Of a DNA stretch of 64,000 bases, positions 24,141-34,476 are shown in pieces. The stretch lies in IMG/VR virus record IMGVR_UViG_3300030102_008089, positions 32,001 to 96,000 of that record. The stretch is one strand, 5' to 3'. A program made the position numbers and the translations under genes. This stretch comes from a virus. How positions within the stretch are numbered: the first letter of the stretch is position 1; the number at the start of each line of letters is the position of its first letter. The notes under the pieces are model-generated. The model was not told the origin of the DNA. It saw nothing but the letters and a program-made list of their open reading frames with translations, and did not search any database.

Positions 24141-26108
24141 ATGGGTGGTGTCGGCGGCCATATGGACCATCTCTATGAAAATAGGGAACTAACATTTGGC
24201 GAAATGAAAGAAATTCTAGAGGCGGCTTCCAATGGTGAGCTTACTGCCGAAGAAAAAGTAGACGGACAAAATCTCTTTCTTTCGTATTCTATCCCCGAAG
24301 GAAAAGCAAAAGGGGCACGAAATAAAGGAAATTTAAAAAGTGGTGGGCTGGACGCTACTGGTTTAGCTCAAAAATTCGCTAGTAGAGGCATAGGAACCTT
24401 AGAGAAGGCATTTACTGGTGGTTTTAACACTTTTGAAAAAGCTGTTGAAGCTTTAAGTGACGAAGAAAAACAGAAAATATTTGGTCCTGATACAAACATC
24501 TGGTATAATGCCGAGATTATGGATCCTGGTCACAAAAATATTATTCTATATGACGACAAGACTTTAAAAATACACAATGTAGGGCATTTTATCTTTGACA
24601 AAGAGACAGGTGATAAAAAACCCATCCCAGAAGGAACTCTTGAAACACTTGATTCTACCCTTGACCGTATGAAAGAAAAATTACATGGCGATGATTTTAA
24701 TCTAGCTAGAGAAGCGTTAATACAGTTACAAAAATTAGAAGATGATCAAATTTTAAAAACCGCCATTGCTAGAATAAACTCTGAAATTTCTAAAGAGGGA
24801 TTATCGGACAATTCAACCATAATCGACTATACAGTAAAAAGATTGATGAATGGGATGGATACTGAACTCAGTGAAGATTTTAAAAAAGAAATCACCAATT
24901 ATCTTCTTAAGTTACCCGCAAATATTGGACTAAAAGCTTTAAAAAAAGGATTAAGCAAAGAAAATCTTACGGATCTTAATAATATTATCTCTGCTAAGAA
25001 ATCTCTTCTACAACAAGCCATAGAACCTTTAGAGTCTATAATACATGATTTTACAGTTGAAATTCTCAAGGGTCTTAAAAGTGTTTTTATTGCTGACAAT
25101 GATAAAGAAGTTATTAGATTAAAAACAGAACTTGCAAAAGCTGTAAAAGATATTACATCTGTTGGGTCTGAAAACCCTGAAGCTATGGTTGTGATGCAAA
25201 AGCATCTAAACAAAATCAAAGACTTTTCAAAAATTACAACCCCTGTGGAGGCGGTGGTCTTTGATTATAATGGACACACTTATAAATTTGCTGGAAATTT
25301 TGCACCCATAAATCAAATAATGGGAATGTTTCGTTACGGAAACTTAAAAAGAAAAACAAATGAATCTCTCAATGTTGATGCAAAAGTTATTACAGAAGAG
25401 GATGGAAAAAGAATAGCCTTATTCCCTGGAAAGTTTAAGCCTCCTCATCGTGGTCATTACGATTATGCAAATAAAATTGCCAGACGACCTGATGTTGATG
25501 AGGTTATCGTGTTGATTTCTCCCGTTGATTACCCAGAGGTTAGTAATAATCAAGCACTAGACATCTGGAATGAATATCTGAAAAATGGCGAACCTAATAT
25601 AACTGCAAAAATTGCAGACTACCGCAGCCCAGTCCAAGCAGTCTATGAATTTGTTGCTGATCCCATAACTGCAAGAGATGGTGATACAATCCTTCTGGTA
25701 AAAAGTAGTAAAGATGTAGGTGATACACGGTTTGATCGTGTACAGTCTTATGCGGAAAGACATAACCCTGGTGTAAATGTAGAGGATATTGTGGAAGATC
25801 CTGTTGAATCAAAAGAGGGTATTGTATACAGCGCCAGAGATATGAGACAAGCAATTCAGTCTGGTGATAAGGACACTTTTTTGTCTTATGTTCCTCCGAG
25901 CGCTGATGCGGCAGTTATCTGGTCTTCATTGACCAACAATCTGGACCAGATGATAGATGATACTTTGGAAGAGATTTCTTCTATGGCTGCTGGAGCAGCA
26001 TCTGGGTATGCAGGAGGCTTTGGTCCTCCAAACAATTTTAATCCATACAGACGCTCCAGATCATCAAAACCCAAAGTCAAAAGAGCAAAACGACAAAGAC
26101 GGAGATAA
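24141..26108 (+). CDS. Fusion: ligase-like (KxDG) domain plus HIGH-type nucleotidyltransferase
   Basis: HMDHLYE, EEKVDGQN, RNKG in the N-part; PGKFKPPHRGH and a late SA(R)D motif in the C-part. Confidence 0.75.
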   Translation: MGGVGGHMDHLYENRELTFGEMKEILEAASNGELTAEEKVDGQNLFLSYSIPEGKAKGARNKGNLKSGGLDATGLAQKFASRGIGTLEKAFTGGFNTFEKAVEALSDEEKQKIFGPDTNIWYNAEIMDPGHKNIILYDDKTLKIHNVGHFIFDKETGDKKPIPEGTLETLDSTLDRMKEKLHGDDFNLAREALIQLQKLEDDQILKTAIARINSEISKEGLSDNSTIIDYTVKRLMNGMDTELSEDFKKEITNYLLKLPANIGLKALKKGLSKENLTDLNNIISAKKSLLQQAIEPLESIIHDFTVEILKGLKSVFIADNDKEVIRLKTELAKAVKDITSVGSENPEAMVVMQKHLNKIKDFSKITTPVEAVVFDYNGHTYKFAGNFAPINQIMGMFRYGNLKRKTNESLNVDAKVITEEDGKRIALFPGKFKPPHRGHYDYANKIARRPDVDEVIVLISPVDYPEVSNNQALDIWNEYLKNGEPNITAKIADYRSPVQAVYEFVADPITARDGDTILLVKSSKDVGDTRFDRVQSYAERHNPGVNVEDIVEDPVESKEGIVYSARDMRQAIQSGDKDTFLSYVPPSADAAVIWSSLTNNLDQMIDDTLEEISSMAAGAASGYAGGFGPPNNFNPYRRSRSSKPKVKRAKRQRRR

Positions 26109-26118
26109 TTATAGTACT

Positions 26119-26916
26119 ATGAATCTTAAGCGTGATCAAATTATTGCGGAAGAACTCATTAGAGAACATATCCGTAAAAGAATTAAAAATCGTCTAAATG
26201 AACAAATTATTGCAGAACAGAATATAAGAACTTATGTTAGAAGACTTTTAGAAACGGAAGCAGGAACAGTAGAGCCCAGCCGCAGCACTGGTATTAATGT
26301 TCTAGCAGATCTTTTAGAGAAAATAGTCCCTGTAATTGAAGATGATTATAAGATGCTTACCTCCTCGAAGGAGCAAAGAGAATCTTTTAAAAATCATATT
26401 GTTCACGCCATCAAAAACTCTTTAAATCCAATTGATGCAGCTAGCAAAGCTGAGAGACAAGTAGAAAACACTGTATTTGAAATTGATGCTAATACGCTTT
26501 TAGAGAAACTATCAATTGATTTAGACCCTCAAGATGATGGCAAAGAAGAACAATCAGTTGAAGGCGAATTTATAGATATTGACGGTGACGGTGAATCAGA
26601 TGACGATTTTGTCACTCTTGATGATCAAAATGAAACAGGACGCAACTTTGCTTCAGTTACTTATAAAAAAGTAGAAAAACAAATTGTAGATGCTTACGAT
26701 ATGTTAGCGGACGAAGAAGACGAAAGGTTGTTCTACGATTACTTGATTACAAATATGTTGTTGTACTTCGATAAATTTGAAGATGAACTACAAAATCAAT
26801 TACCTGACATCTCTACTCCAGAATATGAAAAAGAAAAAGAAGAAGCCGCCACTGAAGAAGAGCCTGCTGCTGAAGAAGAACCAAGCGCAGAAGATTCAGA
26901 AGATTTAAGTTTGTAA
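26119..26916 (+). CDS. Hypothetical acidic protein, possible head/core component
   Basis: Start moved to ATG 26119; repeated I/L-x-E motifs in the N-terminus; very acidic C-terminus. Confidence 0.7.
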   Translation: MNLKRDQIIAEELIREHIRKRIKNRLNEQIIAEQNIRTYVRRLLETEAGTVEPSRSTGINVLADLLEKIVPVIEDDYKMLTSSKEQRESFKNHIVHAIKNSLNPIDAASKAERQVENTVFEIDANTLLEKLSIDLDPQDDGKEEQSVEGEFIDIDGDGESDDDFVTLDDQNETGRNFASVTYKKVEKQIVDAYDMLADEEDERLFYDYLITNMLLYFDKFEDELQNQLPDISTPEYEKEKEEAATEEEPAAEEEPSAEDSEDLSL

Positions 26917-27022
26917 AAAATTTATTACTACCCTTAACACTTTCTTTATTACTATTATACTGCTATTGTCAGCTTTTAAAACTCTGCCAGCTATTGCTAG
27001 CAACTACATAAGAGTAAATAAG

Positions 27023-27051
27023 TTGACAACTGTTGCGTATTATTGTATAGT
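27023..27051 (+). promoter_or_regulatory. Sigma70 promoter for tmRNA
   Basis: TTGACA-17 nt-TATAGT, ending 10 nt upstream of the mature 5' end. Confidence 0.8.
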
Positions 27052-27061
27052 CTGATTATAA

Positions 27062-27386
27062 GGGGGTAAACGGTATCGATTGATGGGAAAGTAGAAAAGG
27101 TGCAAGGGTGAGGGAAGCGTGGCTCACGAAAAACGCTTAAAACTTTAATCGCCAATGACGATTTCGAAATGGAGATGGCAGCTTAAAAACCTGACCTCCC
27201 ATGAGGCGACGGCAGCCGATAAACAGAAAGCCGTATTTGGGTGTCTTAAGTGCTTTTGATTGTTATAGCCGCAATAAAACGATCTAGTCAAGCGGGCTGT
27301 CTGACGATAAAAACAGACCTAACCTTGTGAATGACCCTTCTATGGAACTAGACAAGACGGGAGTTCGATTCTCCCTACCTCCACCA
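27062..27386 (+). ncRNA. ssrA: tmRNA, tag (A)ANDDFEMEMAA
   Basis: GGGGGTA/TACCTCC acceptor with G3:U70, A73, CCA; T-arm GGGAG-TTCGATT-CTCCC; tag frame 27151-27186 ending in Ala-Ala-stop. Confidence 0.95.
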
Positions 27387-27409
27387 GCCGTCCTTCGGGA
27401 CGGCTTTTT
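27387..27409 (+). terminator. Intrinsic terminator
   Basis: GCCGTCC-TTCG-GGACGGC followed by T5. Confidence 0.9.
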
Positions 27410-27455
27410 AATTTATAGAAGACCTATTTATAATGTACAATCTCTGGGGATAAAA

Positions 27456-28760
27456 ATGAAAAAAACTATAATTTTAGATACAAATGTATATCTCACTGAG
27501 GCTAGCTCTATTTTCTCTTTTGGGAGAAACAATATTGCAATCCCTACAGTTGTTTTAGATGAAATTGACCGCCATAAACACAGGCAAGATACAGCGGGAC
27601 TTAATGCCCGCACTATGAATAGGGTGTTAGATTCCTTAAGAACAAAAGGAAGCCTAATGGACGGTGTTCCTTTGGGTCGTGGTAAAGGTAAAGTTTTCGC
27701 CGCTCATTATGACCCAAAGTTTTTACCACAAGGGATGGATGAGACAGATTCAGATAATAAAATTATTGCTATTGCTCTGCGTATGAGAAGTTTAGGGCAC
27801 GATGTTGCAATGGTTTCAAGAGATTTGAATATGAGAGTCAAGTCTGATGCTTGTGGAATTGAATGTTATGATTATCATCCCCAAAAAGCTGTAAGTTCTG
27901 TAGAAAATTTATTTACAGGTGTTTTGGAGGTAGAAACAGACGATGTTATTATTGATAAGTTCTATTCTCAAAAAGAACTTATCCTTGATGAGGTGGGCAA
28001 GGGCATTAATCCAAATCAATTTTTAGTTTTGAAAAACAAAAATTCAAATAAATCGGCTATGTGTAGGTATGTTTCTGAAGACAAGCCTTTAAAAAAAGTC
28101 AATAAATTTAAAAATATTTGGGGTTTATCTGCAAAAAATAAAGAACAACAGTTTGCTATGGATCTTTTATTTGATAAGGATGTCCACGTTCTATCTTTAA
28201 CTGGTCCTGCTGGCACAGGGAAAACTCTTTTGGCCACAGCTTGTGCCCTAGAACAGGTCATCAACACATCATCAAAAAGTGGAGGCTACGACAAATTAAT
28301 AATAACCCGACCCGTTCAACCAATGGGTAGAGACATTGGTTTTTTGCCAGGTACAATAGAAGAGAAAATGATGCCTTGGGTTGCTCCTATTCGGGATAAC
28401 CTAGAACATCTTTTCGGCGATAGAACAGCCCTTGATATGCAAATTGAACAAGGGACAATCGAAATTGAAGCAATGACTTACATTCGTGGAAGATCCATTG
28501 CTAATGCTTTTTTGATTGTTGATGAAGCACAAAACTTGACAGCACACGAATTAAAGACTATAATTACACGAGTTGGACACGGGACAAAATTAGTTTTGAC
28601 AGGAGATGTTCAGCAAATTGATAATTCATATGTTGACTCAGTATCGAACGGTTTAACGCATGCCGTGGAAAAATTTAAAAAATATGAAATTTCTGGTCAT
28701 ATTACCTTGACTAAGGGTGAGAGATCAAAATTAGCAACTCTTGCAGCGGAAATACTATGA
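27456..28760 (+). CDS. phoH: PIN-PhoH (PhoH2/YlaK-like) protein
   Basis: ILDTNV and SRDLNMR (PIN); GPAGTGKT, GFLPG, RGRS, DEAQN, GDVQQID (PhoH). Start moved to ATG 27456. Confidence 0.92.
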   Translation: MKKTIILDTNVYLTEASSIFSFGRNNIAIPTVVLDEIDRHKHRQDTAGLNARTMNRVLDSLRTKGSLMDGVPLGRGKGKVFAAHYDPKFLPQGMDETDSDNKIIAIALRMRSLGHDVAMVSRDLNMRVKSDACGIECYDYHPQKAVSSVENLFTGVLEVETDDVIIDKFYSQKELILDEVGKGINPNQFLVLKNKNSNKSAMCRYVSEDKPLKKVNKFKNIWGLSAKNKEQQFAMDLLFDKDVHVLSLTGPAGTGKTLLATACALEQVINTSSKSGGYDKLIITRPVQPMGRDIGFLPGTIEEKMMPWVAPIRDNLEHLFGDRTALDMQIEQGTIEIEAMTYIRGRSIANAFLIVDEAQNLTAHELKTIITRVGHGTKLVLTGDVQQIDNSYVDSVSNGLTHAVEKFKKYEISGHITLTKGERSKLATLAAEIL

Positions 28761-29416
28761 GAGAATACATTTTTGAAAAAGTAAAAAATACTACTCGCCA
28801 CTTTAAATTTGGTGATATCGATGTCTACCAGAGAGACCCACTTCCTGATGGTTTTGATGGCCAAAAAATATTTCGATCAATAGAAGCACATATGCCTTCT
28901 AAGTTTTTTAAAGGACTTAAAGGTGTTGAAATAGGACATCAAGATTTTTTTGATGTTCGAAAAGCAAACGCTTCCTATAAGGATGGTGTTTTTTACATCT
29001 CAAACGAACAAGATGATGCAAATGATTTAATAGATGATATAGTACATGAATTTGCTCACCACGTTGAAATGCTTTATCCTGAAGAGGTCTACGGAGACGA
29101 GTTAATAAAAAAAGAGTTCCTCAAGAAGCGTCATCAATTAGAGTTTGAATTAAGGTCCGAAGGATATTGGACATCAGATTATGATTTTCAAAATCTTAAA
29201 TATGATAAGAAGTTTGATGAATTTCTTTATGATCGTGTTGGAGGCACAATGTTAAAGATGGTAACAGCAGGAAATTTTCTGCGACCTTATGCCGCAGTTT
29301 CTCTTCGTGAATATTTCGCCACTGGATTTGAAGAGTATTTTTTAGGGAACCAAGAGAAATTAAAAGAAACGAGCCCTGAACTATTTAAAAAACTGGATCA
29401 ACTAGTTAAAGACTAA
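28757..29416 (+). CDS. Zincin-like metallopeptidase domain protein
   Basis: VHEFAH and REYFA motifs. Confidence 0.65.
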   Translation: MREYIFEKVKNTTRHFKFGDIDVYQRDPLPDGFDGQKIFRSIEAHMPSKFFKGLKGVEIGHQDFFDVRKANASYKDGVFYISNEQDDANDLIDDIVHEFAHHVEMLYPEEVYGDELIKKEFLKKRHQLEFELRSEGYWTSDYDFQNLKYDKKFDEFLYDRVGGTMLKMVTAGNFLRPYAAVSLREYFATGFEEYFLGNQEKLKETSPELFKKLDQLVKD

Positions 29417-29430
29417 GAAAGCAGGTTACA

Positions 29431-30270
29431 TTGGCTGGCAAACATATTTCCTATTCCGAGTGGCGGAACTGGCACATCTGCCCCCACTACCATAAACTCA
29501 CTTATATTGACAAGGTTGCCCAGTTTGAGGGTAATATCTATACTGCTTTTGGGAAGGCCATTCATACTGTTTGTGAATATACTTTGACTTCCCCCGAAAA
29601 GTACAGAGAGCCTGGTAAGATTGAAGAGTTAGTTAAAGGGCAATTTCTAAAAGAATTAAAGGCTCTGCCCGAAGACGCACAACACGATGCCAAAGCCAAT
29701 TTCAAACTCAAAGAGTGGCTTGTAAATGGTCTTGATATTATTCCTGACCTTTATCGCTGCCTGGTGGACAAGTTTGGCAAACTTGGAGAAGACTGGGAAG
29801 TACTAAAAGCCGAAGAACATCTGTATGTACCCATCACAGAATTTACGGAAGCAGAAAAAAAATTCAAAGGTTTTATTGACCTTGTGGTTTACTCCAAGAA
29901 GGATGAAAAGATTCATCTGATTGATTGGAAGACTTGCTCCTGGGGTTGGCGTCGTGAAAAAAAGAGCGACAAGATTATGGCATACCAGCTTGTTTTTTAT
30001 AAACATTTTTATGCTCGCAAATATGATGTTGATCCAAAGGATGTGGACTGCCACTTTGTATTATTAAAGCGCACTGCAAAACCAGGCAAGAAGGCCGAGT
30101 TTGTGCGTGTGACGGCAGCGAAAAAAAGAACAACAGATGCACTTAACGCTTTAACAAAAGCACTGCATAATATTAACAAACAGAATTATATCAAGAACCG
30201 TACTGCTTGTACAAGCTGCAAAGACCGATTCGGCGTATGTGAGTTTTACCAGACGGAATACTGTTCGTAG
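29431..30270 (+). CDS. PD-(D/E)xK (Cas4/RecB-like) nuclease
   Basis: ISYSE...CP, G.AIH, GFIDLV, IDWKT, Q...Y, C-terminal CxxC...C...C. Confidence 0.85.
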   Translation: MAGKHISYSEWRNWHICPHYHKLTYIDKVAQFEGNIYTAFGKAIHTVCEYTLTSPEKYREPGKIEELVKGQFLKELKALPEDAQHDAKANFKLKEWLVNGLDIIPDLYRCLVDKFGKLGEDWEVLKAEEHLYVPITEFTEAEKKFKGFIDLVVYSKKDEKIHLIDWKTCSWGWRREKKSDKIMAYQLVFYKHFYARKYDVDPKDVDCHFVLLKRTAKPGKKAEFVRVTAAKKRTTDALNALTKALHNINKQNYIKNRTACTSCKDRFGVCEFYQTEYCS

Positions 30271-30281
30271 GAGGAACAATC

Positions 30282-31544
30282 TTGTCCGATAAAAAAATTA
30301 CAGTTTTGACAATTAGTGACCATCCGCTGCTTCCCTCTGGTGTCGGAACCCAAACTAAATATGTTATTGAGGCGTTATTAAGGAGTGGAAAGTTTAATGT
30401 AATTTCTATGGCTGGTGCAATAAAACACCATGATTATACACCAAAAAGAGTAGAAGGATATCCAGGGAATTGGGAGATATTTCCTGTAGACAATTATGGG
30501 AATAAAGAGATTGTAACAAAATTTCTTATGGAAAGAAAACCAGATATTTTGTATTTTATGACAGATCCTCGTTTTTACGGCTGGTTATGGGAAATGGAGG
30601 ATTATATACGTCCATTGGTGCCAATGGTCTACTATCACGTTTGGGATAATTATCCTCATCCTCATTTTAATGCAAGATTTTATGAATCCAATGATATTAT
30701 AGCTACTATTTCAAAGGTTACAAGTGATATTGTGAAAACGGTATCTCCTAGTGTTGAAGAACATTACGTTCCTCACGCTGTAGATTCAAAAATTTTCTAC
30801 AAAAGAAGAGATAAAGTTTACCAAGAACTCCTCAATCAAAATCCAGCGTTCAAGGATAGGTTTGTGTTTTTTTGGAACAATAGAAACGCAAGAAGAAAAC
30901 AAACTGGCAGTTTAATTTTTTGGTTTAAGGAATTCTTAGAACTTGAGGAAGTTGATAGGGATAAAGTTTGTTTGTTTTTACATACTGACCCTCAAGATCC
31001 GCACGGACAACCAGTAGAATTTCTAATAGATGAATTAGGGTTTAATGAAAATGAAATAATCCTTTCCAAGAACAAACTTAACCCAGAACACTTATCGTTG
31101 CTTTATTGTGTTTCTGACTGTACAATAAATATTTCAGATGCCGAGGGTTTTGGACTGGCAACATTAGAATCGCTATCGTGTGAAACACCAATCATTGTTA
31201 ATATGACAGGTGGACTACAAGAACAGGTAACAGATGGAAAAAATTGGTTTGGGATTGGTATAGAACCAACCTCTAAAGCAGTTATAGGGTCTCAGCAGGT
31301 TCCATATATTTATGAGGATAGAATTTGTAAAGAGGATTTTCATAACGCTTTGTTAAAAATGTACAATATGCCCAAAGAAGAGAGAGAAAAGCTTGGGAAA
31401 CTAGGGAAAGAACACGTTGATAAAAATTATAATTTTGACAGTTTTTCCACCCAGTGGGTTAATTTAATGACAGATACTTACAATAAACATGGCTCTTGGG
31501 ACACTAGAAAAAATCATAACAATTTTAGGGTGGAAGAAGTATGA
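30282..31544 (+). CDS. GT-B glycosyltransferase (GT4-like)
   Basis: SGVG, PHAVD, NRNARRK, EGFGLATLES motifs. Confidence 0.88.
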   Translation: MSDKKITVLTISDHPLLPSGVGTQTKYVIEALLRSGKFNVISMAGAIKHHDYTPKRVEGYPGNWEIFPVDNYGNKEIVTKFLMERKPDILYFMTDPRFYGWLWEMEDYIRPLVPMVYYHVWDNYPHPHFNARFYESNDIIATISKVTSDIVKTVSPSVEEHYVPHAVDSKIFYKRRDKVYQELLNQNPAFKDRFVFFWNNRNARRKQTGSLIFWFKEFLELEEVDRDKVCLFLHTDPQDPHGQPVEFLIDELGFNENEIILSKNKLNPEHLSLLYCVSDCTINISDAEGFGLATLESLSCETPIIVNMTGGLQEQVTDGKNWFGIGIEPTSKAVIGSQQVPYIYEDRICKEDFHNALLKMYNMPKEEREKLGKLGKEHVDKNYNFDSFSTQWVNLMTDTYNKHGSWDTRKNHNNFRVEEV

Positions 31545-32839
31545 GCACTAAACCAAAAATTCTAATAACAGGTCCATTTTTTAATGTTTCTGGCTATAGT
31601 AACCACTCTAGGGTTTTGTTAGAGTCTTTTGTTGAGTTGGAAGATAAGTATGATATATACATTGACCCAACTCAATGGGCCGCATCCTCTGTTCGAAATG
31701 AGTTTTACCAAAAGTACAAGAGGTTGGTTGATAAAAAGAATAATCTCTTAAGCACAAGAGCCCAGCCAGATGGGCAAGTCAACATTGCTGGACTTTTCAA
31801 AGCAACCTTTCAAGTTTGTCCTCCAAATGAGTTTAGGCAATTATCTGAATTTGATGTAGGTGTTACAGCGGGACTTGAAACAGATAGCGCTCCTTCTGAA
31901 TGGGTTTCAAAATGTAACCAAATGAAAGAAATATTTATTATTTCTAACCATTCGAAAAAAAGCCTTTTGAAAGCCGTTGGTCCGAATGGAGAGAAAATAT
32001 CAACTAAGATCTCAGTGTTACCACCAGCATACATTAAGCAGATGCCCGATTGTCTTGAATCTAAGTTTTATGACAAAGATAATATCAAGACAAATTTTAA
32101 TTTTTTATGTGTAGCTCAATTTGCTCCGAGAAAAAATTTAGAAAATATGCTAGCTTGGTTTGTAGAAGAATTTCACGATGAATCTGATGTGGGATTATTT
32201 TTTAAGACACATTATCATAACAGTAGCGTAATGGATTTTTATGCTTGTAAAAGAATGTGTCAAAAGATTTTAGCTCGATGGAAAGATAGAAAATGTAAAA
32301 TTCATATTATTCATGGAAACCTAAATGATGAAGAAATGTCCTGCTTGTATGATAAAGAAAATATAGATTGTTATGTAACAGCGGCACACGGAGAAGGTTT
32401 TGGTATACCTCTTTTAAGTGCAGCTAGTAATGGGATACCAATAGTAGCAACAAACTGGTCAGGGTATTTAGATTTTTTGAGAGCGCCCCATAAAAAGAAA
32501 ACAAATAAGATTGAGTTAAAGAGCCATTTTATTAAGGTAAACTATGACATTAAAAAAGTAGAACAAAGACACTTGATGCCAGGATTAATTACACCTGACT
32601 GCGAGTGGGCATACCCTCAAGAAAAATCATTTAAAAAAGCCATTAGAAGTATAAGGAATAACAAAGATTTATTTTTAAAAGATTCGCAAGCTTTAAAAGA
32701 GTTTGTGAATGATAAATATAGCAAATCATCAGTTATCAAAAACTACAAAGATAATATACTGCGGTGCTTGTCAAATATTGTAGATGAGGAAGATGAGATC
32801 CAGAAAATGTTTGCTTCTATGATGGAAGACAAAAAATGA
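31541..32839 (+). CDS. GT-B glycosyltransferase (GT4-like)
   Basis: SGYSNHSR, RKNL, HGEGFGIPLL, TNWSG. Confidence 0.85.
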   Translation: MSTKPKILITGPFFNVSGYSNHSRVLLESFVELEDKYDIYIDPTQWAASSVRNEFYQKYKRLVDKKNNLLSTRAQPDGQVNIAGLFKATFQVCPPNEFRQLSEFDVGVTAGLETDSAPSEWVSKCNQMKEIFIISNHSKKSLLKAVGPNGEKISTKISVLPPAYIKQMPDCLESKFYDKDNIKTNFNFLCVAQFAPRKNLENMLAWFVEEFHDESDVGLFFKTHYHNSSVMDFYACKRMCQKILARWKDRKCKIHIIHGNLNDEEMSCLYDKENIDCYVTAAHGEGFGIPLLSAASNGIPIVATNWSGYLDFLRAPHKKKTNKIELKSHFIKVNYDIKKVEQRHLMPGLITPDCEWAYPQEKSFKKAIRSIRNNKDLFLKDSQALKEFVNDKYSKSSVIKNYKDNILRCLSNIVDEEDEIQKMFASMMEDKK

Positions 32840-34476
32840 TTATTTTTGTGTCCGATCTTTTTGTAAGCGACTATGTTGGCGGCGGCGAGCTTACAACAGA
32901 GGCAATAATTGAAGGCACAAATATTCCTGTAATCAAGGCCCATTCTGCATCTTTGACCAAAGAGGTTATAGATAATTTTTCCGATAGGTATTGGATTTTT
33001 GGAAACTGTGCTAATATTTCAACAGAGTTACTGTTACACATAACAAAGACTCTAAATTATTCTGTAATCGAATATGATTACAAATTCTGTTCTTACCGAT
33101 TGAGAGAAAAGCATATTGCAGCCGAAGGGTCTTGCGAATGTCACACCACTTCAAGATCGAAGATGTTTTCAATATTTTTCTCCCATGCTAAATCTCTTTG
33201 GTTTATGTCTGCAAAACAAAGGGACATATACTATGAAATGTTTCCGTTCTTGAAAAAACCAACAACCAAAGTGTTGAGTTCGGTGTTCAACAAAGAAACC
33301 CTATCTATCTTGAGAAATCTCAGCAAAAACAAAAAAGATGACAAGTGGCTCATTCAAAGATCGCCTTCTTGGGTAAAGGGTTCGGATGATGCAGTAAAAT
33401 ACGCTAAGGAAAATGGTCTTAAATATGAGGAATTTTCTAATGTTTCGTATAAAGAAATGTTGAAAAAGTTTTCAATGTCAAAAGGGTTTTTGTTTTTGCC
33501 TCAAGGATCAGATACTTGCCCACGCACTGTAATAGAAGCAAAACTTCTTGGCTGTGAATTAATCCTAAATGACAATGTGCAACACAAGGACGAAGAATGG
33601 TTTTCTGGATCTGTTGAGAAAACGTTTAATTACCTAGAGGACAGAACAAAAATATTTTGGGAATCGATTATGTCAGATATGGGGGATCGGGTGCCCTTAA
33701 AGACTGATTCAAAAGAGAGTATACATTTCAAGGTTATCATTCCTGTTTATAATAGTGAGGAGTGGCTTATCAAGTGCGTTGAAAGTGTAAAAAACCAAAC
33801 ACACAATAATTTTCAATGCTTAGTAGGTGACGATATCTCCACAGACAAAACATTTGAAGTCTGTTCAGAATATATTGATTCTATTAAGGACGATAGATTT
33901 ACAATAATTCAAAATTCAGAGAAAAAATATGCTTTACAAAACATCTATGATTTAATTGAATCCTCTAAACCATCAGCCGAGGATGTTATTGTTGTTTTGG
34001 ACGGTGATGATTGGTTTACCAATAATCATGTCTTAGATAAGCTTAATGAAATTTATCAAGAGGAAAACTGCTGGCTAACATATGGGAGTTTTGTAAATTA
34101 CCCCCAAGGCTTCATAGGGACAGAAGCATCAGAATATCCTGCAAGCACGATATCTTCTAATGAGTTTAGGACTGATAATTGGAGAGCATCTCACTTAAAA
34201 ACCTTTCAATATTTTCTATGGAATAAGATTGATACAGACGATTTAAAAGATGAATCTGGAAAATTTTATGAGGTATCATATGATCAAGCTATGATGTTGC
34301 CAATGATGGAGATGAGTGGGAATAGAATAAAATATGTTCCTCAAGTGTTATATGTTTACAATACTTCGAACCCTAATGCTGTAAATAAGACAAGACAACA
34401 AAAACAATATAACACAATGCTTGAAATAAGAAAACAAAAAAAGTATGAGAAAATAGATAATGAATATTCTATTTGA
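32836..34476 (+). CDS. Two-domain glycosyltransferase (GT-B-like plus GT2)
   Basis: DTCPRTVIEAKLLGC; then VIIPVYN, GDDISTD, LDGDD. Confidence 0.85.
   Translation: MIIFVSDLFVSDYVGGGELTTEAIIEGTNIPVIKAHSASLTKEVIDNFSDRYWIFGNCANISTELLLHITKTLNYSVIEYDYKFCSYRLREKHIAAEGSCECHTTSRSKMFSIFFSHAKSLWFMSAKQRDIYYEMFPFLKKPTTKVLSSVFNKETLSILRNLSKNKKDDKWLIQRSPSWVKGSDDAVKYAKENGLKYEEFSNVSYKEMLKKFSMSKGFLFLPQGSDTCPRTVIEAKLLGCELILNDNVQHKDEEWFSGSVEKTFNYLEDRTKIFWESIMSDMGDRVPLKTDSKESIHFKVIIPVYNSEEWLIKCVESVKNQTHNNFQCLVGDDISTDKTFEVCSEYIDSIKDDRFTIIQNSEKKYALQNIYDLIESSKPSAEDVIVVLDGDDWFTNNHVLDKLNEIYQEENCWLTYGSFVNYPQGFIGTEASEYPASTISSNEFRTDNWRASHLKTFQYFLWNKIDTDDLKDESGKFYEVSYDQAMMLPMMEMSGNRIKYVPQVLYVYNTSNPNAVNKTRQQKQYNTMLEIRKQKKYEKIDNEYSI

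Noticed and set aside
26941-27010. Short palindromes (TTGCTAGCAA) and GCTATTG repeats upstream of the tmRNA promoter; possible origin or small minus ORF
   Set aside because: Elements are short and expected in AT-rich DNA; no iteron array or convincing start signal.
27327-27455. N-terminal extension of PhoH in the ORF track
   Set aside because: It overlaps the tmRNA 3' end and its terminator; the PIN domain begins at ATG 27456.
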